Origin: Podarcis liolepis
Taxonomy: Eukaryota
DNA length: 64,000 nt
Reading direction: 5' to 3' (one strand)
Assembly (NCBI GenBank): GCA_965112155.1
Contig: OZ218102.1
Below, piece after piece: positions 55,155-64,000 of this stretch. The notes beneath the pieces were generated by a model. The model saw nothing but the letters and a program-made list of their open reading frames with translations. It did no database searches and had not been told where the DNA came from. Numbering within the stretch: position 1 is the stretch's first letter; the number at the start of each line of letters is the position of its first letter. The position numbers and the translations under genes are program-made.

Positions 55155-58100
55155 CTACGTCTGCAGAAACTGGGGCTGTACTCTCGCTACCTTGCGCAGT
55201 TCCTTGCTATGTGTACTGGGGCACTGCATTTCACACCAGCTGATTGGCACCATCTGTACTCCTGAAATCAGAACAGAAATCCATAGTTACACAGACACCC
55301 TTCCCAGGGAAAGAAAGATTCCTCCACTCATTAAAGGTGCCTTGCGACCACACTGAGACCTCCAGATATAGGGCAGTATATAAATTAAATTAATAAAAAA
55401 TATACCACTACCTGGCTCTCTAAAATTTAGTTACTGCATCCATAAACTGCCCTTTTCACTTTACAACCTAAGTGGATATTCTATATTATAGAATGTCTTC
55501 CCTCAATAGTGACGTTACTAATGCTTCTTCCTTAACCATACATTTAAGAGGTCCAGAATATGTTGGCATGTTCAGTAGATTTCAGCATTATGCACAACCT
55601 GCTTGGAACGAGACTGGTCTTACCTGCTTCACTATGAGCCACCACTACCCCCAGCTCATTTTCCGCTGTTGTCAGCAAATAGTTGGACTGTGCATCACCC
55701 AGAGAGATCTAGCCCCACAGGTTGAGTTAAGGTGCAATGCCTAAAGATTTCTCTTCCAGCTAGCACATACATACACAGCACATAAAGGCAGACACAAGAA
55801 AAGGATACAACTTTGGCCAAAACAATATCTCCTGGGCGGAAACTCTTGTAAACCTCTACCTGTCACCATGCATGAGGTGGGAAGGAAAGAGAAAGTGTGA
55901 AAGGCAAAATACTGAGACAACTTTGAGGGAAAGTGTGCAGTGAAACATGGCCGATTTGAACACGAAGAGGACATCCATCAGATCTTGTGCTAAGATATCC
56001 TTTATCCAGAAATCACAAGCCTTTTCTTCAACAAATGTACAAAAAGAGGCATTGCTAAATGTCCTCTTGCCCCCACAAGGTTTTGCTTTTCCTCAGGTAA
56101 GTTTCCTCAAGAGTAGTAATGATTTTATTATTTTTTTATCACACGGTTTTCTCCAATGAGCTCAAGGTGGCAAACCCACTTGTCCCCCTCTTGATACTGT
56201 CTTCAGAGCAACCCTGTGAGGTAGGTTAGGCAGAGAGATGGCGACTAGCCCAAGGTCACCCAGAGGGCTTCAAAGTCTCCCATGTCCTAGTCCGCCACAC
56301 ACATGTATGTGTTCGTGCCAGGAAGAAATGCTCCTGCCTATGCTCATTAGGAATACTACCTATTCCCAACACATGTAACCAAAATGTTTATTCCACTGAC
56401 CTTGTCTTTCTCTGTAGCTCTGACATCTTCTCTCCTGCAGCAGGAGAAAAGAAGGTAAGAGTTCACCCTAGTCCTCCTCTCCCTCCCCTAAAAGAAAACT
56501 GACTATACTGACTCGGCTATGAGCGATTGCCAAAGAAGCAGCAGCTTTTGGAGGAAGGGTTAGCTAGTTTAGATGAAAAACCAAAAGGTCTGAACATGAG
56601 GCCAAGCACCTTACTGAATGAAGTAGATCTGGGTCATGGATGACTGCCAGGGATCCAAACACTGCCTTGGGTTCCACAACAAAATTATATAAATGAAAGG
56701 AACATAAATATAATAAAACAATTCCCACTAGCACTCAAGTGCTAATGATGAGAGTAAAACAAAATATTTGTAAGGGCCGGCCTTATCTCCTCTCTAAAAG
56801 TGAAGACATCCAACACCTCAGAAGAAGCCCCCACAACAAAGTTGTCTTCCTACCGGATAGTTCCACGGAATGGGGATTTTAATGGTGTAGAGCCGACATA
56901 CAAGATGTGCACTTTGGCAAAACGAGAGTTAATGCTGCAAACCTGGGTGGGAATATTGGGGGTGGGGAAAAAGGGGAGAGAAAACCATAACTGAATTTCA
57001 GATTGGACAAATCGAACAGAGTAATCACAGGGAACAGTAAGTTCAATGCCTTAGCAATTCCCCCTCCCACTTTTCTAAGTAACAAAAGTAATTTTAGGAT
57101 TGCAGTCAATGATGCTTTCTGCTCTGTGGAGGAGAAAAAGCTAGTTTTTGAGATGAAGTACGTGCTTCTTCCTTTCCATCAACAACACTTTGTTCTGGTG
57201 AGGGCAATGCTTGCAAGGTTTATACGGGACTTGCTAATGAAGGAACTTGGGCTTCTGGTACCGTATTTTTCGCCCTATAGGACGCACCTTTTCCCCTCCA
57301 AAAATGAAGGGGAAATCTGGGTGCGTCCTATGGGGTGAATGCAGGCTTTCGCTGAAGCTTGGAGAGCGAGAGGGGTCTGTGCGCACCGACCCCTCTCGCT
57401 GTCCAGGCTTCAGGAAGACATCCGCAGCCTAGGCAGCCCTGCGGGAGGTTCCGCAGGGCTGTCTAGGCTGCGGATAGAAGCCTGCTTCCCGAAGCGCCGG
57501 GCACGCTGAAAGCAGAGCGCGGGCATGCTGAAAGCAGAGCGCCCAGCGCTTCGGGAATGCATCCGCAGCCTAGGCAACCCTGCGGGAGGTCCCGCAGGGC
57601 TGTCTAGGCTGCGGATAGCAGCCTGCCGCCCGGCGCGAGGGACACCTTGAAGCAGAGCGCCCCTCGCGCTGGGCAGACATCCGCAGCTTGGGGAGCCCTG
57701 CAGGAGTTCCCCGCAGGGCTCCCCACGCTGCGGATAGCAGCCTGCCGCCCGCCGCAAGGGGCGCCCTGAAGCAGAGCGCCCCTCGCGCCGAGCAAACATC
57801 CGCAGCGTGGGGAGCCCTGCAGGAGTTCCCTGCAGGGCTCCGCACGCTGCAGATAGCAGCCTGCCGCCCGGCGCGAGGGACACCCTGAAGCAGAGCGCCC
57901 CTCGCGCCGGGCAGACATCCGCAGTGTGGGGAGTCCTGCAGGAGTTCCCCGCAGGGCTCCCCACGTTGCGGATAGCAGCCTGCCGCCCGGCGCGAAGAAC
58001 ACCCTGAAGCAGAGCGCCCCTCGCGCCGGGCAGACACCCGCAGCGTGGGGAGCCCTGCAGGAGTTCCCCGCAGGGCTCCCCACGGTGCAGATAGCATCCT

Positions 58101-61100
58101 GCCACCCGGTGCGCGAGGCGCAGAGCGCCCCACGAGCCGGGCAGACATCGGCCAGCCCCACAAGCTTGGGGGACAGCAGGGAGGCGCAGCGCCGCCACCC
58201 TGCTGTTCCTCAACCTGTTTCAGTTTCCCCGACCTGGTTTTGGGGGGGAAATAAAGGGAAATTTTTTTCCCTTTATTTCCCCCCCAAAAAACTAGGTGCA
58301 TCCTATGGGACGAAAAATACGGTATTTGGGGCTGAACAGACCAAGAGCCCTGATATTTATTACTAGGGGCTGAGCTCTTGATCACTGCACTCGCCAGCTA
58401 CACCCACCCACTTGTCAACCCCCCCTCCTCTCATGCATCACCAAGTCAACCCCTCCCATTAGAGCACATCAAACCACCACTACCTGCTCCCATTAGTTTG
58501 CCCTCAGCTCACCTAGGTTTCCCACCTGTCTCCCTCCTCCAATTCTCTTATCCTCTGATGTTGCTAAGGCTGAAATGGTGTCACTGGAGAGACAGGCAGC
58601 AGCAGAGCAGGATGGTTGCTGGGCTGCTGCCTAGCCCTTCCTGGCCATTCTTCCATGGTTCGACTGGGCCAGACACCTGCCTCCATCTCTCTCCTCCTAC
58701 CACCTTTGTCTCATTCCCCAACACTGCTGTGATGGACAAGTAGCTCTCAGAAGTCTGTTGTCACACTGTAGCTTGCAGTGCCACAAGCCAAGCAAACTGC
58801 TGTGCGAAAACATCCATGCCATTTTATTATATATCAAGACATTTATATCCCACCTTTCCCCACAAAGCTAGTCAAGGTGGCAAACATGATTCTCCTCTCC
58901 ATATTATCCTCATAACAACCCAGTGAGATAAGGGAGGCGAAGAGTTGGTGACTAGCTCAAGATCACCCAGTGCACTTCATGCCCGAGGAGGGATTTGAAC
59001 CCTGGTCTCTCAGGCCCTAATCAGACACTCTAAGGAGTACACCACATAAAAAGATGTAGAAAACATTGCTCAGCTGCAATGGTCAGGCTTGTGGCAAACA
59101 GCTTCTATATTTGGTTCACAGCCAAACCTGTTGCTTTCCTTGGCCCACCAGTAGATGAATGAAAGACAATTCTACTGTGCCAAGATAGAAATGAGGTTAC
59201 CTTGCATGTCACTGTAGCTCCCACATCAGGAAGAAGCTGAGATTCCACGTCCCTCATCACAGAAACCACCGGGAGCTAAAGAGAAGCAAAGACTAGTCAT
59301 GATTTATTTGACACATTGCTTTAGAGCAGTGCTCATCAACCACAGGTCCTCAGGTGTGGATGGACTAAAACTCCCATCAACCCCATCCAGTTTAGCCAAT
59401 GGCCAGGGATAACAGGTGTATTTCAACGAATCTGGGGGACTTATGGTTGAAAACTACTGTCTTACACTGAGATCCAGCGCCGAGGGCCTTCTGGCAGTTC
59501 CCTCATTGCGGGAAGTGAGGTTACAGGGAACCAGACAGAGGGTCTTCTCGGTAGTGGTGCCTGCCCTGTGGAACGCCCTCCCTTCAGATGTGAAGGAAAT
59601 AAGCAGCTATCTTATCTTTAAAAGACATCTGAAGGCAGCTCTGTATAGGGAAGTTTTTAATATTTAACGCTGTATTGTTTTTAACACTCGATTGGAAGCT
59701 GCCCAGAGTGGCTGGGGAAACTCAGCCAGATGGGAGGGGTATAAATAATAAATTATTATTATTATTACTTCTATAAGATAACCATGTCTCAAAACTTCTT
59801 CTGGATTACCAGCTGATCATACACTTGTTGTTGTTGTTAATATTTATTAAATTTGTATACTGCCCTATATCCACAGGTCTCAGGGCGATTCACAGGAAAA
59901 TATAAATGTAAGCATCTAATCACTACAGGTGCCACAGGATACATTTCAGGCTTTATAGGGTGTCATGATTATGCACCATCCAGTTCACATGACATGAAGC
60001 TCACCTGCCTTCTTGCACAGACCCACCTCCAGTCAAGAATCTGTGAGACCCAGAACAGCTCCACAGCTATTCACAGAATCATACTGTAGAGTTGGAAGGG
60101 ACCCCCAGGATCATCTAGTCCAACCTCCTGCAATGCAGGAATATGCAGCTGTCCCATGCGGGGATCAAACCTGTAACTTTGCCATTATCAGCACCATGCT
60201 CTAACCAACTGAACTATGTTGACTTATCCAAGGTCACAGTTGTGCACTCCCCACCTCCCCAACTTGGTTCCTCTCTTGGTCCTACACTATGAACTAGCAC
60301 TGCTCACATCAAAGCATTCAGTCCTTGCAATTCCCACTACACCACCCCCTCATACTGTTGCCCAGAGGTTGCTTCAGTCTCACCATGCCATTCTCACTTT
60401 TCTTCATGAGACAACCAGCCAGGGAGGCATAGATCGAACCATGACGGGTGTAGGTGCCGCTTCCAGGGGTTCCTTCCTCTAAGCTGCAGAGTCTCTCTCC
60501 TGCAGGACAGAATGAAAGTCAAACATCTCATTGCCTAGAGTTGACTGTCCTTTCAGACAGTAACAGACACAGCAGGAGAAGCTGTCATAGTGAAAAGCAG
60601 GACCAATTCATGTACCCCCAGCCCTATTTATTGACTCTCATCATGCTGTTAACAGGTGCGTATCAAACATTTAAAACTTTCCTATGGTTTAAAACGGGGG
60701 CAGGAGGGAGAGGAGGCACAAATCCTAACATTACCCGGCTGCACAACTGCGTTGCAGTTTGCCACTGTTGCCATCCTGAACACGGACTGTCCTGATACCT
60801 CTCCCATTGAGCTACCTGGAGTTATAAACATAGACCACTTATAAACGCCATCTCCAACTCCTCGAAATATTCCATCAATGGTGTCTCCAAAAAATTTTAA
60901 CCATCATTTGAGAAGACAGGTGAACTAATGCCAGTGTACTGGAAGAAGCAAAGATCACCAGTGTCGAAGCAATGATTCTTCAACATCAACTTCGTTGGAC
61001 TGGTCATGTTGTTCAGATGCCTGATTATAATCTTCCAAAGCAACTGCTCTATTCCAAACTTAAAAATGTAAAGCATAATGCTGGTGGTCAACAAAAGAGG

Positions 61101-61970
61101 TTTAAAGACTCTCTTAAGGCAAATCTTTTAAAATGCAGTATAAACACCCAGGGCCGTCTTTAGCAGATGCGGCGTCAGGGTGCAAATATCTGCCCAGCGC
61201 CCCCAAATAACCACGGGTGGGGGGGGCACGTGAAGCTGAGCACTGCCAGCCATCGGGGGGGGGCACAACTCTCCCCCATGTTGCTGCAAGAGAGCAATCC
61301 CCGCAGAGGCTTGGGAGGGAAGCTGTGCACCTGCCAGCCATAAGGTTGGCGGGGTACAGCTTCCATCCTAAGCCTCTGCGGGGATCGCTCTCCTCCCGCG
61401 GAGATTTGGAAAGCAAGCTGCAAGCCCGCCAGCCAACCATGTGGTTGGCGGGGCGTAGCTGGCGGGCGTGCAGGGAAAGGGGAGGCTGCTGGCAAAGCCG
61501 CACAGGTCCCCAACTCGTTGGGGCACCCAAGAGGCCGGAGCCCTGGCGCAATGCACCACTAAGCCCTATGGGAAAGATGGACAACTGGGAAACACTGGCC
61601 TGCGAGCGCTCCAAATAGAGAACAGCCTTTACCAAAGGTATCATGGCTGGAACTCAGGACGAAAGGGAGAAACTTGCTAAGAGGGAGGCACGCTTGGCAA
61701 ACCCTCACCTTGATCAACTCCCGCCTGGCAACCTATGTCCCCACTGTGGAAAGACGTGTGGATCCAGAATTGGCCTCCACAGTCACTTATGGACTCACGG
61801 TTAAGACCACGTTCATGGAAGACAATCACACTCGGCTACGAGTGATCGCCAAAGAAGAAGAAGAACTTCAATAGCGCGACTTCGTTTTTGCACCCAGCCA
61901 GGACGCCTCCCTCCTCCCGCCCCGGCTCTCCCAGTCACCCACCAGGGACGCAGTACCGCGCGGGAGCCAT
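55155..61970 (-). CDS. EXOSC1: Exosome component 1 (Csl4), 8 exons, 194 aa
   Basis: Exons 61943-61970, 60384-60499, 59201-59275, 56854-56942, 56401-56434, 55809-55859, 55624-55708, 55155-55261 (585 nt). Translation MAPARYCVPGERLCSLEEGTPGSGTYTRHG...LLPDVGATVTCKVCSINSRFAKVHILYVG...[34 protein letters not shown]...MVPISWCEMQCP..KVARVQPQFLQT*. Confidence 0.96.
55709..55808 (-). other. U12-type (minor spliceosome) GT-AG intron, EXOSC1 intron 6
   Basis: 5'ss GTATCCTTT; branch site CCTTAAC (+ strand gttaagg 55726-55732); no polypyrimidine tract before the TAG acceptor; 100 nt long. Confidence 0.93.
57261..58322. mobile_element. Non-autonomous Tc1/mariner-superfamily element (MITE) with internal 119-bp tandem array
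   Basis: TA|CCGTATTTTTCGCCCTATAGGACGCACC ... GGTGCATCCTATGGGACGAAAAATACGG|TA terminal inverted repeats with TA TSD; lies in EXOSC1 intron 3. Confidence 0.88.
57418..58170. repeat. GC-rich tandem repeat, 119-bp period, about 6 units
   Basis: catccgcagc-type unit starts near 57560, 57678, 57797, 57916 and 58035; ORF starts at 57688/57807/57926/58045 also show the 119-nt period. Confidence 0.92.
59467..59768 (+). mobile_element. L2-type LINE 3' end with (TAT)n tail
   Basis: ORF 59416-59667 reads [37 protein letters not shown]; same family as the 33820 copy. Confidence 0.8.
60072..60216 (-). mobile_element. tRNA(Ile)-derived SINE with CR1-like 3' end
   Basis: Minus strand: tagttcagttggttagagcatggtgctgataa..ggtttgatccccgc, then ggactagatgatcc..ttccaactctac..atgattct. 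Confidence 0.75.
60830..61865 (+). mobile_element. RTE-clade LINE 3' fragment, interrupted by a nested insertion
   Basis: MILQHQLRWTGHVVQMPDYNLPKQLLYSKLK..GGQQKRFKDSLKANL..INT|DNWETLA; C-terminal C2H2 CPHCGKTCGSRIGLHSHLWTH; (GAA)n tail at about 61853-61865. Confidence 0.85.
61149..61579. mobile_element. hAT-like MITE nested in the RTE LINE
   Basis: Starts CAGGGCCGTCTT, has a GC-rich body, and ends at a truncated AAGATG; the LINE frame resumes seamlessly on both sides. Confidence 0.7.
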
Positions 61971-61974
61971 CCTG

Positions 61975-62300
61975 CTCGGGGCGAGTCTAAGCGGCGGCCT
62001 CCCTCGCGCCTTCCGAAGCAAGTCTCCCGCACCGAAAATAGGGCTCTGAGCCGCTGCCTCATTGGCCGGCTCTGCTGTCACATGACTTCCTCCCCGCGCG
62101 CATGCTTTCCTCCCTTGGCGGAAGAGCTATTATAGAAAACGGGGCGTGCGGGGCACACAGAGGGAGAACCATAGGTAGAGGACGCGAGGAGACCGTGCGA
62201 AGCGACGCGCAGTGGGTGACGGGAATCGTAGTTCGGCTTGGCCTCGCGGCGTAGAGTCGCGCATGCGCAAGGGTGAGGGTGGTCAAAGACAGGGAGCAGG
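61975..62300. promoter_or_regulatory. Bidirectional CpG-island promoter (EXOSC1 / divergent gene)
   Basis: NRF1 palindrome GCGCATGCGC at 62259-62268; ZNF143/Staf-like GGGAATCGTAGT at 62221-62232; ATTGG at 62061; ETS-like ACTTCC and GCGGAAG. This is the typical bidirectional promoter motif set. Confidence 0.75.
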
Positions 62301-62377
62301 ATGCCTCGGTGGATGCGGTAACGCGGGGAGCGGGTGGTAGTCTCGGTTTGACTACACCCTGATCATGGCAGCACCAG
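62280..62377 (+). other. Probable first exon of the divergent gene (ZDHHC16 by synteny); 5' boundary approximate
   Basis: Strong donor CAG|GTAAGG at 62377/62378, just downstream of the bidirectional promoter. ZDHHC16 is head-to-head with EXOSC1 in mammals. No ZDHHC16 coding sequence was recognised inside the window. Confidence 0.5.
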
Positions 62378-64000
62378 GTAAGGCGAGGGGGATCCCTCTG
62401 ACGCGCGGTGGTCCTGCGGTGCATGCTGGGGCAGACCTCGTTTCCCCTGCACGCTTCGGGAGAGCCGACGTGTAGCTCCTCTTCTCCATTGCTGCTTAAG
62501 GGCTTCGTCTGTTTGCTAAGGCTGCCGTGCCCGGTCTGGGCAACAAAGCTGGGGCTCGGTGCTCTTCGCTTTCCCAGATATTGCTTAGCAGCGTTCTGAA
62601 TGACTGCATCCGTGGAATGCACGTTGGAACAGACCGTCCCCGGGAGGCATGGCTAGAGAGAGCCATGAGCCGCTGAACTCGGTAGACACGCGCTTTCAGG
62701 TCCCCACGCCTCTACAGAGCTTTCGTGGGATGCATACGAATGGTGCTTCTTTCCCTGTCCCCACTTCTCTCTGGGGTTTGTTCCAGTGACCGCCTCTGGG
62801 GCTGTTATGCCTAGAGCAGGCGAGCTGGGGCTCACGCGGAGGTGGAGCTTTAACCTCAGCTGATCTCCCTTTTCTTAGAAAATATAGTGGAGACAAAATC
62901 CCTTCCCCCACCCCACTGGGAGCCCATTGACTCACCCACGCAGGTCTCGCTGTCTCATAACCATCTCAGTGGTTAATCTTCCCTTGTGTGACTTCTGCTG
63001 TTGCTGCCATCTGCTAGAGGGGCAATGCTGCCTTCAGAAATCACCCTTAATCCGTACTCAGGAAAGATGCCAGCTCTGCTCAACTGGCAGAGAATGGGCC
63101 GAGCTCTGGGTGCAGAGACAATGCTTCTCTGTCTTTCTTTCTCTCTCTCTCTGTGTGTGTTATTTTCTGCTGTAATGTCAACACAGACGGGCTGCTGTGT
63201 GTGAACACTTTTATCATCTAGCTGCATATGAGCTGGTATACTTTGCCTGAAAGCTCTAATTTTGATTCTAAATGTATTGCCTCATGAAAACTAATTATGT
63301 GATATTCTTATTCTTATTCTTATTATTAAATAAATCTCAAAGTGGTTTACAACAACGCATTCTGTTGTGAACCAACTAAAATAATCTGTTTGCCTTGGGG
63401 GTGGGGGAGAGACGTGGAGGTGTTCTTGCTATTTATTTGGCTACTGGGCAGAGCGCTGCAGGAATTCTGCAACATGTTGCTCAATTTTACCAAAGTTTCT
63501 ACAGAAGCAGAATTAAGAAGATCCAGAACTATGCTGATCCTCTCCCCTCCCATCCTTGTGAAAATACATTCATGTGTGAGAGGCTGTGAGGTATTGTCCC
63601 TGTTTAATGTGCAGCTATAACTTACCCTAAGAGGAACCAAAATAGGGTCACTTGTGTTCAGACTAACTACAAGGAATGTACTCTGTTGAGAGCACCAGAA
63701 CACCTTTTTGAGGCAAGTAGAATTTGAGTGGAGTGAGAGGTTGCTAGTACAGTAAGATATAAGTGGAGATTGGGCATAATGGTTGCTGCAGAGTCCGCCA
63801 TAGGCCTACTTCCCTAAGTTTCCATACGCTAAAAATAATAATTTGATCTCTCGACAGTGGTGCCAAATTCCTTTTTAGGTCTCTTTGTTTCATTTCTGCA
63901 CTGTGACCCCCTTACTAAGTTCCACCTTGCTGGTACTGTCACCACCCCTGAGGGGTTCGTAGGGTCACATTCTTGGTTAATATTAATTGGCCAAGATCAG

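Noticed and set aside
57418-58170. CRISPR array or hammerhead ribozyme array
   Set aside because: Units are contiguous with no unique spacers, the context is eukaryotic, and there is no CUGANGA/GAAA hammerhead core (ctgaagca does not match).
57410-58385. Long 267/271/185-aa ORFs
   Set aside because: They are artefacts of the GC-rich 119-bp repeat. The period is not a multiple of 3, the same peptides rotate between frames, and there are no transposase motifs.
60150-60216. tRNA-Ile gene
   Set aside because: Stems are degenerate, there is no complete acceptor stem, and it is fused to a CR1-like tail, so it is a SINE head.

Overview
Eukaryotic (vertebrate) genomic DNA, almost certainly a squamate and probably a lacertid lizard, given the Sauria-type SINEs with ACCTTT tails, L2/RTE LINEs and TA-flanked MITEs. 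It holds a compact version of the conserved vertebrate block ARHGAP19(-) / RRP12(-) / PGAM1(+) / EXOSC1(-), followed by the probable first exon of the head-to-head neighbour (ZDHHC16 by synteny). I reconstructed exon chains by hand with consistent splice phases: RRP12 34 exons/1296 aa, PGAM1 4 exons/255 aa, EXOSC1 8 exons/194 aa, ARHGAP19 10 firm coding exons plus tentative terminal exons. Most notable points: (1) no FRAT1/FRAT2 between ARHGAP19 and RRP12, where mammals have them; (2) a clear U12-type intron in EXOSC1; (3) a young TA-flanked MITE carrying an array of 119-bp double-hairpin repeats; (4) a MITE inserted just upstream of the PGAM1 exon 2 acceptor (20 nt before the exon, TSD included), which probably supplies the branch point; (5) a nested hAT-like insertion inside an RTE LINE. 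I find no evidence for a wholly new multi-gene system. Most short six-frame ORFs are noise.
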